Shown here: piece after piece, positions 35,911 to 44,991 of the stretch
Layout: each line of letters begins with the position of its first letter
How positions within the stretch are numbered: the first letter of the stretch is position 1
From: a virus
Taxonomy: Duplodnaviria > Caudoviricetes
Length of the DNA: 64,000 nucleotides
IMG/VR virus record: IMGVR_UViG_3300014019_000011
Coordinates: 17,416 to 81,415 of that record
Strand: one strand, 5' to 3'
Made by a program: the position numbers and the translations under genes
Notes under the pieces: model-generated
Database searches by the model: none
Told to the model about the DNA's origin: nothing
What the model saw: the letters and a program-made list of their open reading frames with translations, nothing else

Positions 35911-37974
35911 TCACTCAGCCGCAACCGCCATCGGCGCGGTGACGGCGAGCGCCCTCGACAGGAACGACGTGAGCGCCTGCCGCTTCTGCTCCGCAGAAAG
36001 CTTGAGCTGGTCTAGACGCTGAAGTTCCCGAACGATCTGCATCTTGCTCGTCGACGAGCTCGCCATCAGTCGCTTTGCCACTTCATCGGCCACGTCGGGC
36101 GTCATTCCGCCGAGCATCCGCAGTCGAGATCCGATGAAGCTCAACGTCGCATTGACCGGGCCGCCGGTCGCGAGGTTCTTCACCGTGTCGAGACCTTCCT
36201 TGAGGCCGCCGGCTTCAGCCATGTCGATGCCCTGCCGGACGGTCGTGCTGTTCCCCGTCACCGCCTGATAGGTGGCGCGCTTGCGAGCCTCGTCGAAGAT
36301 GGTCTTGCGGAACTCGGCGAACTTCTCCGGGCTTTCGAAGAGCGTTTGCAGGTTCTTCATCTGCGCCGGGCGCGAGAAGACGCGCAGGATGGCGTTGTTC
36401 GTCACGCCGGCCTGGTCGATCTGGTTGCGCAAGGTTTCCGCGGCGCCGATCCGCGCGCTCGCCTTCTGCGCCGGCCCCATGTTCGCCACTTCCCGCTTTA
36501 GCGCTTCCGGCGACATGCGGAACACCTCGCGGCCGGTTTCCAGCGCCTTGTCCAGTTCGGCCTTTCCAGCCCACGCGCTGCGCGCCGCCGCATAGTCCGG
36601 GTTCAGCCTGTCCACTTCGGACAGCATGCGGTTCTTCAGGCCGACGAGGATGCGGCCCTCGTTCGTCACCTTCTTGGTGATGCTGTCGGTCTCGCGCTCG
36701 ATCATGTCGTCCATGGCGCGCTTGATATAGTCCCACCCGCGCGTATCCGGCACGCGGCGCACCACGTTTCCGTTCTGGGTGACGTTCACGAACATCTGCT
36801 TGAACGGCACCTGTTCATTCCCGGCCAGCGTCTCGGCGTGGCGCAGCGCGGTCTTTCCGGCCGGCGTCTCAAGGATATCCTCAAGCGTCCTGGTGAAGTG
36901 CACCGGCTTGGAATACGCCTGCCGATAGAGAGGACCTGCTGCCTTCTCCGCTGCGTCCGCAATCGCATCTTTGGCAGCCAGATAGCCATCCGGGTCCGCG
37001 AACGTCTGCGAGATAGCCGACTTCAGCCGATCCCCCTGCCCGAACTGGCGAAGCGTCACCTGCGCCTGAACGCGGCCCCGAGCCTTACCCGGGATGTTGG
37101 TGGCCGTCCTCAACAGGTCTCGCGTGGATTCACCGCCGACATCGGCAAGCGTCAGGTTGTTGCCGTTCGCCATGCGCTGGCCGGCCTGATCGATGGGCAT
37201 GCGCGACGTGACGCGCTCGGCAACCTTCTCGGCGGCGTAGCGGGCGGGATTGACGCGGGCCTTCACCGCATCGACGAATGGCTTTGCCACGGCGCGGCCG
37301 ACCTCCGTTACGACCGGAACCGCAGCGCCACCGGCCGCCCCCATCAGGATGCCTTGCCCGACGTCGGTATCATTGCCGGCTGCCGAGAGACCGCCGTATC
37401 CAGCGCCCTCGATGCCGAGGAGGCCGGCACGAGCCGCAAGGCCCTTCGCGCCGGTCATCGCGCCCGTGCCGAAGCGGCCGGCGAGCGTCAGGCCCTTGCT
37501 TGCCGCTGCCATCGGGGCTGCAAGCGCTCCGCCAATTTCAGCGACGGTTCCCACTGCCCCCGCACGATCACGCGCGTCCTGCGTCGAGCCCTTCATTTTC
37601 GCCAGTTCTTTGTCGTATCCCTCGCCGGTGACGGCGGAGCGAAGAGCGGCGGCGCCCTTGTTGCCGTAGCCCATGGTGATGCCGTTGGCGGCGAGGTCGA
37701 CAAGATCGCCAGCCGCGACAATCGGCTTCTTCCACTCCGGAAGGCGGTCGAAACGGGCCTGTGCAAGGCTGTCGATAGAGGCATCGCCGAACTTGTTCGA
37801 CAAGCGGGAGAGCTCGTCGCGCGTGTCCTTCGACACCTGGCTTTCCGGCGCTTCGGTGATACCGAGCTGGCTGGCGATCTCCTCGACCGTGGCGTTCTGC
37901 TGTTCCGGCGAAAGCTTGAGGAAGCTCTCGTCGACCTGCACGCGCTTGCCGTTGATGTTGAGTGTAGGCATCAT
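35911..37974 (-). CDS. DNA ejection/transfer protein
   Basis: 687 aa Ala/Gly-rich helical, position in podovirus ejection cluster. Confidence 0.7.
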   Translation of the reverse strand: MMPTLNINGKRVQVDESFLKLSPEQQNATVEEIASQLGITEAPESQVSKDTRDELSRLSNKFGDASIDSLAQARFDRLPEWKKPIVAAGDLVDLAANGITMGYGNKGAAALRSAVTGEGYDKELAKMKGSTQDARDRAGAVGTVAEIGGALAAPMAAASKGLTLAGRFGTGAMTGAKGLAARAGLLGIEGAGYGGLSAAGNDTDVGQGILMGAAGGAAVPVVTEVGRAVAKPFVDAVKARVNPARYAAEKVAERVTSRMPIDQAGQRMANGNNLTLADVGGESTRDLLRTATNIPGKARGRVQAQVTLRQFGQGDRLKSAISQTFADPDGYLAAKDAIADAAEKAAGPLYRQAYSKPVHFTRTLEDILETPAGKTALRHAETLAGNEQVPFKQMFVNVTQNGNVVRRVPDTRGWDYIKRAMDDMIERETDSITKKVTNEGRILVGLKNRMLSEVDRLNPDYAAARSAWAGKAELDKALETGREVFRMSPEALKREVANMGPAQKASARIGAAETLRNQIDQAGVTNNAILRVFSRPAQMKNLQTLFESPEKFAEFRKTIFDEARKRATYQAVTGNSTTVRQGIDMAEAGGLKEGLDTVKNLATGGPVNATLSFIGSRLRMLGGMTPDVADEVAKRLMASSSTSKMQIVRELQRLDQLKLSAEQKRQALTSFLSRALAVTAPMAVAAE

Positions 37975-39023
37975 TCAACCTCCCACTGGATACCGGACGA
38001 GGTGCGGGCACCGCTGGAACCGGAGGTGTCACCGCCGCCGACGGGATTCCCTCCGCCTGCAGCTCGCTTCCGCGCAGTCTCAAGCGCGCGCTGTACAACG
38101 CCGCGCAGTTCGTTCAGCGCGGAACGGTAATCCTGCTCGTTCTGCGCAGTATTGAGGCGCGCCATGGCTGCCGTCGCCTTCGCGCCCTCGACTTCGGTGA
38201 TCTGTCCGGCGCCGCGCAGCTTGTCGAACGCCTGCAAGAACGACTGACCGCCAATCTGGTCCATTTTCGACTGCACACGGGCGGCACTGCTGGAGAAGTT
38301 CGGCCGCCAGCTATCGACCGCGCCGACCATGCTGTCGAGGTAGGGGTCCTTGTCCAGGCTGTCTATCGCCGTCAGAAGTTCGCGGGCGTTGTCTTCAATC
38401 GAGGGAAGCGCATCACGCGCTTCGGATAGCGCCTTGCCCTGCCCCTTCTGGGTCTCCGCCCCGGATAGATCCTTCGGAATCTGCCCGACCGGCTGGCGCG
38501 TGATCGGGTCGAGCAGCACGAAATGCGTGCCGGCGTCCATCTTGATCGGCTCCTTCGACAGCGTGACGCCGGAAGGAAGCGGCGTCTGCTTCGACGTTCC
38601 GCTCTTGCTGAGCTGAAGAATGACCGGATTTCCATTGGCATCAACGCCGTACTGCGGATTGAGGCCGTACTCGGCATCACCGCCGCCCGCGCCGGCCGGA
38701 GGAGCAACCCACTCGCCCGTCTGCGTGTTGTAGATGTTCTTCCCGACGGCCATGAAGTTGTTGCGCGGCTTGGCTGCCTCAAGCTTCTGCTGATAGGCCA
38801 GCTTCCACGCATCGCCGGCCGTGAGAGCGCCCGACTGGACGGCCTGCGCCAGTTCCGGGTTCGTCTTCTGGAGCCACGCTACCGTCTTATTGGCATTCAT
38901 CGCATTGGAGAGGCCCTGCGCGCCAAGGGCGGCCTGCTCCGTCCCTGTCTTGCCGGAGAGCAGCCCAAGGCCAAGCTGAGTGAGGCCGGTGCTATTGTTG
39001 CGAAGGAAGTCCATCGGTGCCAT
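37971..39023 (-). CDS. DNA ejection/transfer protein
   Basis: QAFDKLRGAGQITEVEG motif; ATGA-coupled. Confidence 0.7.
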   Translation of the reverse strand: MAPMDFLRNNSTGLTQLGLGLLSGKTGTEQAALGAQGLSNAMNANKTVAWLQKTNPELAQAVQSGALTAGDAWKLAYQQKLEAAKPRNNFMAVGKNIYNTQTGEWVAPPAGAGGGDAEYGLNPQYGVDANGNPVILQLSKSGTSKQTPLPSGVTLSKEPIKMDAGTHFVLLDPITRQPVGQIPKDLSGAETQKGQGKALSEARDALPSIEDNARELLTAIDSLDKDPYLDSMVGAVDSWRPNFSSSAARVQSKMDQIGGQSFLQAFDKLRGAGQITEVEGAKATAAMARLNTAQNEQDYRSALNELRGVVQRALETARKRAAGGGNPVGGGDTSGSSGARTSSGIQWEVE

Positions 39024-39035
39024 GAGCGCCGCTCC

Positions 39036-39890
39036 TTAGAAAAGACCGCCGAGAAGGCCAAGGCCGGTGGTGCCGTAGCCGAGCGCCGTCAGGAACGGGT
39101 TCTGGCCTGGCTGCGTCTGTGTCGTCGTCCCGCCAAGCTGGCCGGCGCCCGAGGCGATGGCGTTGAGCTTGCTGATCTGGTTCCACGGCGCGTTGTTCGT
39201 GTCGTTGAAGATGCGAAGCTCGTCGTTCTTCATACGGGTCGCCAGATCCTCATCCATTGCCCCGAGCTGCATCAGGTCCGTCGCCGGCAGCTTCAGGCCT
39301 TCATAGGCCGAACCGAGGTTCTGGAAGCCGCTGTTGCCCATGTTGAACAGACTGGTGTTCGCCGCATCGCGCCGGTTCTGCCAATCGCTATATTCCTGGC
39401 CGACCATGCGGGACGTAAGGTCTCCGATGGTGCTGCCGAGCGTATCCTGGTGGATGCCCGAGCCATATCGACCAGCGCCGCCAGCGTTCAGGTTGACGGC
39501 ATCGCGCGCCGAATCCTGCGCCTGCCTCAAGACCTGCTGGAATGCCGGATTGGCGTTGATATCGAAGCTCGAATTGGCGATAGCCCGCGTGTTATTCACG
39601 GCATCCATTTGCGGCGCGGTGAAGCCGCCGTTGTTGATCACGTCCTGGAACTGCCCGGAGATCCCGGCGCCACTCGAATTCGCGTTCGCCGCGTTCGAGA
39701 TCATGCCCATGGCATTCTGTGTGTTCTGGCTCCACGGCGTAACCGTCGATCCGGTATACACCGACTTCGCGCCGGTCGGGTCCGCCTTAAATGCGTCCTC
39801 CGCCGCCTTCAGCCCGGTCTTGAGCGCGGGTTGCGCAGCAGCCCAAGGGGCATTGCTCGCCGTCGTCGTGGTCTTGCTGCTGCCGCTCAT
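39036..39890 (-). CDS. DNA ejection/pilot protein
   Basis: MSGSSKTTT...PW start, Gly/Gln-rich C-terminus LGYGTTGLGLLGGLF. Confidence 0.7.
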   Translation of the reverse strand: MSGSSKTTTTASNAPWAAAQPALKTGLKAAEDAFKADPTGAKSVYTGSTVTPWSQNTQNAMGMISNAANANSSGAGISGQFQDVINNGGFTAPQMDAVNNTRAIANSSFDINANPAFQQVLRQAQDSARDAVNLNAGGAGRYGSGIHQDTLGSTIGDLTSRMVGQEYSDWQNRRDAANTSLFNMGNSGFQNLGSAYEGLKLPATDLMQLGAMDEDLATRMKNDELRIFNDTNNAPWNQISKLNAIASGAGQLGGTTTQTQPGQNPFLTALGYGTTGLGLLGGLF

Positions 39891-40297
39891 ATCTGAACCT
39901 CGTATGTCGCGCGAAGTTTTCGCGGCTTCCAATGCTTGATCACTTCCGACCATCCTTCCCGGCCGTCGTAGACGAAGCGCTTCGCTCCGCCTTCCCGCAT
40001 CACCTTCACCACGGCGCCGGGGAAATCCTTCAGCCATCCGTCCATGTCGTTCCCGCCGAGGATGAGGCAGCGGAGAACGGTCCCGTTGCTCCACTTCTGA
40101 AACTGGAGGATCGCGCCCATGACCGGCTCCTGGCCGTCCATGGCGCACATCAGGAAGGCTTGCCCGGATCGGCACATCTGCCAGAGATCGGCCACCGAGA
40201 GATCATCGCCGAAGCGGTCGATTGCCTCCTGAAACCTCGGGGCAAGCCGAGGCCAGAGGGCGTCCACCTCAGCCGTGTTCGCAAGGCCGATCATCAT
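39887..40297 (-). CDS. GNAT-fold virion morphogenesis protein
   Basis: LILGGNDMDGW...GREGW; usual position before ejection genes. Confidence 0.65.
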   Translation of the reverse strand: MMIGLANTAEVDALWPRLAPRFQEAIDRFGDDLSVADLWQMCRSGQAFLMCAMDGQEPVMGAILQFQKWSNGTVLRCLILGGNDMDGWLKDFPGAVVKVMREGGAKRFVYDGREGWSEVIKHWKPRKLRATYEVQI

Positions 40298-40644
40298 CGG
40301 GATAACGCAAAGTTCATGATGTAGACGAGCGTCACAGTGACGCCGGTATTGCCGACGGCCCGGATTTCATCGCCTGCGACAAGGCGCAGAGGCAGGTTGT
40401 CGAGAACGACGCTCTTCTTCGTCTCTACCGGCCCCTGCCAGACAAGATGCTCGACAGCGTTCGCGGCATCGTACCAGCGCAGTTGACAAGTCACCGTGCC
40501 GGCGTTGTCGTTGCAGAAGGCCACCGAGGCGAGCGTCTGGCTATCGTTCGAGGCAGTATCGCCGATCTTGGTAACGCCTGTCCCGGCAAGGGCCTGTGAT
40601 ACCGGAACCTGCACATTGCCGTTGTAAAAGCCCGTGACGCTCAT
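40294..40644 (-). CDS. hypothetical structural protein
   Basis: 116 aa beta-rich, ATGA-coupled. Confidence 0.65.
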   Translation of the reverse strand: MSVTGFYNGNVQVPVSQALAGTGVTKIGDTASNDSQTLASVAFCNDNAGTVTCQLRWYDAANAVEHLVWQGPVETKKSVVLDNLPLRLVAGDEIRAVGNTGVTVTLVYIMNFALSR

Positions 40645-42092
40645 TGCTGCCCCGACTGTTGCGCGTTGACATCGACCGAACTGACGACGCTCCAGTCGGC
40701 GCCGGCAGGGATTTCAAGCCGCATCTTGTGAAGACGACCGTCTGAACGGAAAGGCACCAGTCCAGCCCGATTGATCAAGTTGGCCGAGGACCACGAGATA
40801 TCGGCACCGTGAAAGCGGCGCGTTCCGTCCTTCAGGGTGAAGGTGAGGCAATCCGTATTGACGCGGGCGCTGTTGACGAATGAAGCAGCCATGCCGTCGA
40901 TCTCGACGTCTGCCGTGTCGATGGTCGCGGCGAGATTATCACCGGAGAAATAGGCTAGCCGGTTGTCGGGCGTGAACGTTGCGAAGGTCGGCCGGCCGCC
41001 CGAGAAGAGACGACTGTCGAAGGGTTCCGTCACCTCGTTGATGGAGGCGTAAAGCGTGTCGAGACCGTCCCACGACAGATCGGGCGTGGCGAGCGCCATC
41101 ATCTCGCCGACGTTAAGGTCTGTCGTGCACCAACGATCAAGTTGCCAATCATAGCCAAGCCGGCGATAGCTGCCGTCAGCAAGGCGGAACTTCCACCAGA
41201 CGATCTTTTCGAACGGATCGGCCGCGCCCTGGACGTCTGAAAGATATGCCGTATCGACGTTTTTCAGAAACCACCTGTCCACACGCTCGGCACCGATGGG
41301 CCGACGCTCGGCACCACCAAAGAAGCCGTCTTCAGACAGGTAGAAGAATAGACCGGGGCCGATAGAGACGATGGACCGCGGCGCAACCGTGCCCTGCTTC
41401 GGGTTGATGACCGTCCGAGTGAAGGTGAAGCCAGACGACAGGGCGAACGGAAAGAACTGCATGCCGGCGCGCTGGATGACGTTGAAGCCGCCTTGCTCGC
41501 CGAAGCCGCCCATGACCTCGTCGCCTTCGGGAAGCTCCTGGTAGTCCGCGCCTTCCTTCTTCGGTCGCCACTCTTCGATGTTGTTGATGCCCGACCAGCG
41601 CACGGTCTTTTGACCGACAGATCCTTCAAGATATCCGAGGACGAGGAAGTCGCCGGCAACCCACGAATATTTCGCGCGCGGCGGGTCTCCAGCCAGATCG
41701 GCGAACTCGCCGCCCAAGTTGATATCGTAGACCTGTATCGGGTCAGCGATATTGTGCGCCACGAGCTGATCGCCAAACCGGGTAAACGTCCAGGAATCCT
41801 GCAACGGAAGGCGATATGGCGCGCTCGGGCCGCTGATGTCGGTCCAGGTGTAATCGGTCGTGTTGAAGAGGTAGAGGCCCGTCGCCGTGCCGGCAATGAT
41901 GCTGTAGCTGCCGGATGCGGTGCGAACGTAGACGCCTCCGCGGCACTCGCCGGGAAGAGGTTCCGAAACGACGGACAGTCCCGGAATCGGTGCCCAACCA
42001 TTGGCCACGGGCTGCGCATTGACGACGTTCGCGCTCACCCTGGCGTCATACGGGCTCTTATCGGGCTCAAAGGGGCCGAAGGGGATGATCAT
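40641..42092 (-). CDS. tail tubular/nozzle protein (P22 gp10-like)
   Basis: Beta-propeller-like composition; position after adaptor. Confidence 0.7.
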   Translation of the reverse strand: MIIPFGPFEPDKSPYDARVSANVVNAQPVANGWAPIPGLSVVSEPLPGECRGGVYVRTASGSYSIIAGTATGLYLFNTTDYTWTDISGPSAPYRLPLQDSWTFTRFGDQLVAHNIADPIQVYDINLGGEFADLAGDPPRAKYSWVAGDFLVLGYLEGSVGQKTVRWSGINNIEEWRPKKEGADYQELPEGDEVMGGFGEQGGFNVIQRAGMQFFPFALSSGFTFTRTVINPKQGTVAPRSIVSIGPGLFFYLSEDGFFGGAERRPIGAERVDRWFLKNVDTAYLSDVQGAADPFEKIVWWKFRLADGSYRRLGYDWQLDRWCTTDLNVGEMMALATPDLSWDGLDTLYASINEVTEPFDSRLFSGGRPTFATFTPDNRLAYFSGDNLAATIDTADVEIDGMAASFVNSARVNTDCLTFTLKDGTRRFHGADISWSSANLINRAGLVPFRSDGRLHKMRLEIPAGADWSVVSSVDVNAQQSGQQ

Positions 42093-42721
42093 AGATCGCT
42101 CCTGCACCTGCGGCCGAGCAGCGTCAGCATCGGATCGACGGTGAGCATGCCGCGCTTCTTCTCGGCTTCTTCGTTCTGCACCTCGGCGAGGAATTCATCC
42201 CACATCGACTTGAAGCCGACGGCCAGCCCCGCGTTCTGGATGTAGACGCTGCCCCAATAGATCGATGCGGCCAGATAGAGATCGGGATGGTTTTTCAGGA
42301 ACGCATTCGACGGCGCCGCATTGGAAAGCGCCAATCGGCCCTTGAAGATGAACCGGAACGAGTAAGCATCGGCGCAGGGGCGCTCGAATTGAATGGTATT
42401 GCCTTCGATGGCCCAGAAGGCGGGAACGTCGGCCTGGTCGGTCGTCGGGAATGTCCCGAGCACCAACGGCGTCATCGAGCGTTCCGTCTTGTCGGCCGTC
42501 ACCCAGAGAGCATCCGGCTCGGTCATGTTGAGCACGGAAATGTCGATGGCTGGGCTTCCGGCCGTGCCCGTGAGCGTGGCCGTCGTCGAAACAGGTTCCA
42601 GAAGGCGATTGAGCCTCGATTCCGCCAACTGGATGAAGGTCGTCGCCTTCCCCTGCACGTCGTTGCGCGCCATCCAGTCGGTGATTTCGGTTTGCAGCTC
42701 GGCATAATTCGAGATCGCCAT
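42089..42721 (-). CDS. head-tail adaptor protein
   Basis: MAISNYAELQ...FIQLAESRLNR...HPDLYL. Confidence 0.75.
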   Translation of the reverse strand: MAISNYAELQTEITDWMARNDVQGKATTFIQLAESRLNRLLEPVSTTATLTGTAGSPAIDISVLNMTEPDALWVTADKTERSMTPLVLGTFPTTDQADVPAFWAIEGNTIQFERPCADAYSFRFIFKGRLALSNAAPSNAFLKNHPDLYLAASIYWGSVYIQNAGLAVGFKSMWDEFLAEVQNEEAEKKRGMLTVDPMLTLLGRRCRSDL

Positions 42722-42744
42722 GCGCCTGCCCTCGTTCTTTCCAG

Positions 42745-42786
42745 CAAACGGCCCCGCCCGAGATTTCTCCCGGGCGGAGCGGTTTC
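42745..42786 (-). terminator. terminator-like hairpin after coat gene
   Basis: CCGCCCGGGAGA-AA-TCTCGGGCGG imperfect stem followed by TTT. Confidence 0.5.
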
Positions 42787-42795
42787 AGACCTGGC

Positions 42796-43992
42796 TCAGT
42801 TGAAGTGCAGACGAGCAGCCCACTCGGGCCGCAGCGTCTTGTAGCCGTACAGGACGTCGATACGGCACGGCAGGTTGTCGTTGTTGATATCGTACTGGCG
42901 CACGATACGCATGGAGATGCCGTCCATGACCTCGCGGCGGGCGAAGTCGACGCCGTTCGGCATCACAAGGTCGGCCGTGGCGAAGGTGAAGGCGTCTTCC
43001 TGATAGACAAGCGACGTGGTGTCCTGCCCGGAGGCCGTGCCGGCAATGGTGACGGCCTTGCCGGAACCTGCGCCGTTGATCACGACGTTCTGCTTCGGGT
43101 CCGTGTTCGACGAGATCGGCGTCGGCGAGACGGTGATATTGCCCGCGCCGCCCGCATAGTCGGCGGTGATGACGAACTGCTGCGGAACGCCGTTATCAAC
43201 CTTCGTTTCCGGATGAACGCTGTTCACGCCTGCGATGGTGATCACGTCGCCCTTGTTCAGCGAGCCCGTGCCGGCCGTCACGGCGATAGTGGCGGAGCCG
43301 GACGTGATGCCGGTGGAGGTATTGACGACATACGCAGCATCGCCCGCGCCGCGGGTATGCCCCGGCCAGAGCGTGTTTTCCATGAAGTCGAAGCCACCGG
43401 CCCGGCCCATGTAGCCCTCCTTGTACTGCTTGGAGAGCTGCGCCTGGTCGTTGAACAGCGTCTTCGTGTCCTTGACCATATCCGCCATGTCCTTCGAGTT
43501 CAGGTTGGCGGAGCGGTCGTTGAGCGGCGCAAGGCCACGCTGGATGAGGACACGGGCGTCAAGCACGCTGTTGTAGGTCAGGGTGTTGCCCGACGACCAG
43601 ATGCTGTTCGCCACATCCTTGTACATGCTCATCGCATCGTACTCGATGTTGGCCGCCAGCACCGACATGGCCGGGTCCAGGATGCGCTTGGAGAAGTCAT
43701 CCAGCGACAGGGTCAGGTCAGCCGACGAGAAGTTCGTGTCGACGCCCTTCTGGGTGATGACCTTGAGATCCTGGCTTTCTTCCTGCGTGTCCTGCGTGGC
43801 CAGCGTCTTGCCGGTGCGGACCTTGTAGCGGTTCGGCATGCGGATTTTCAGCGTGTCGCCGATCTTCGCGCCGGACTTGGCGAAGCTGTCGTCGTACTGG
43901 CGATTGATCGAGCCGACGAAATTGAGCTTCTGGTGGAGGATGCGCAGCGCCTCGCGGGTCACTGCGGTCGGGGTGAGAATGACGTTTGCCAT
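42796..43992 (-). CDS. major capsid protein (P22 coat gp5 family)
   Basis: MAN.ILTP...GAKIGDTLKIR.P...RIDVLYG. Confidence 0.92.
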   Translation of the reverse strand: MANVILTPTAVTREALRILHQKLNFVGSINRQYDDSFAKSGAKIGDTLKIRMPNRYKVRTGKTLATQDTQEESQDLKVITQKGVDTNFSSADLTLSLDDFSKRILDPAMSVLAANIEYDAMSMYKDVANSIWSSGNTLTYNSVLDARVLIQRGLAPLNDRSANLNSKDMADMVKDTKTLFNDQAQLSKQYKEGYMGRAGGFDFMENTLWPGHTRGAGDAAYVVNTSTGITSGSATIAVTAGTGSLNKGDVITIAGVNSVHPETKVDNGVPQQFVITADYAGGAGNITVSPTPISSNTDPKQNVVINGAGSGKAVTIAGTASGQDTTSLVYQEDAFTFATADLVMPNGVDFARREVMDGISMRIVRQYDINNDNLPCRIDVLYGYKTLRPEWAARLHFN

Positions 43993-44035
43993 TTCGATAT
44001 GCTCCTTGGCCTTCGGCCTTCAGGGATGGGGGCGA

Positions 44036-44932
44036 TCAGCCCCGACGCACCTGCGCATTCCGGCGCTTCAGCCATTCCTCTTGGGAAAGACGGTCATCGA
44101 GACCCGCGGGCGGGTTTGTTCGTGCCGTGACTTTCGAGAGGGGCTGCGCCGGACTGACGGGCTGCTTCGGTTTCGGCTGCTGGTTCTGCTTGGCGAGGGC
44201 CTGCTGTCCGATGTGGGCAAGATACAGAGTGCGATACACCTGCGGGGTGTACTGGTTGCGGAGATCCTCGACGCTGAAGCCGAGTTCCTTGGTAGCAAAT
44301 TCCGTGATCTTGTTGTCCAGTTCGGGCGTCCAGCCCTTCAGTTCGCGTTCCGCAAAAGCCCGTGTTTCCCGAAGGCGCGCCTCAACGGCTTGCGTGGCCT
44401 TTTCGGACAGGTCGGCTTGCGTCTTGTCGAGGTATTGAGCGACCTGACCGCGCTGCTGCTGGAGCTGCTGAAACTGCCGCCAATGCGTCATCGCCGCAAC
44501 GGGGTCTTCATTCTCCAACTGGTTCCAGTTGACGCCCTCGTACTGCTTGAGAGCGCCGTCGATGTTGAGTATTGCCGCGCGGGCCTGCAAGACCTCCTGC
44601 GAAACGTCATAGGCCGCATTGATTTCGGCCTGCCTGGCCTCGACAGCGCGCCGCTGTTCCGCAACTTCCTGCGTTTTCCGCGTGTAATCGGCATTGCGAA
44701 GGAGGGCGTCCTTCAGTTCCTGCGGGAGACGATGGACTTTGCCTTCGTACTCGACGTCCACAAGGTCGTCATCGCCGGCAATGTCGCCTTCGTCGCCATC
44801 GCCCTCTACGTTTTCGAGGTCGTCAGCCTGATTTTCCGTACCAAGATCGTCATCGGTCCCGGTGGTGGGCTGCTGCTCGTCGGCTGCAGGAATTGCCTGT
44901 TCTTCGGCAACAGCATTCAGTTCCTCGTTCAT
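44036..44932 (-). CDS. scaffolding protein
   Basis: Acidic N-terminus, ADYTRKTQEVAE, coiled coil, basic C-terminus. Confidence 0.85.
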   Translation of the reverse strand: MNEELNAVAEEQAIPAADEQQPTTGTDDDLGTENQADDLENVEGDGDEGDIAGDDDLVDVEYEGKVHRLPQELKDALLRNADYTRKTQEVAEQRRAVEARQAEINAAYDVSQEVLQARAAILNIDGALKQYEGVNWNQLENEDPVAAMTHWRQFQQLQQQRGQVAQYLDKTQADLSEKATQAVEARLRETRAFAERELKGWTPELDNKITEFATKELGFSVEDLRNQYTPQVYRTLYLAHIGQQALAKQNQQPKPKQPVSPAQPLSKVTARTNPPAGLDDRLSQEEWLKRRNAQVRRG

Positions 44933-44991
44933 AGAGGTTCACTCCATCTCTGGCTGGTGAAAGAAAGCGCCTCTGCCCTCGGCGCGCGGGA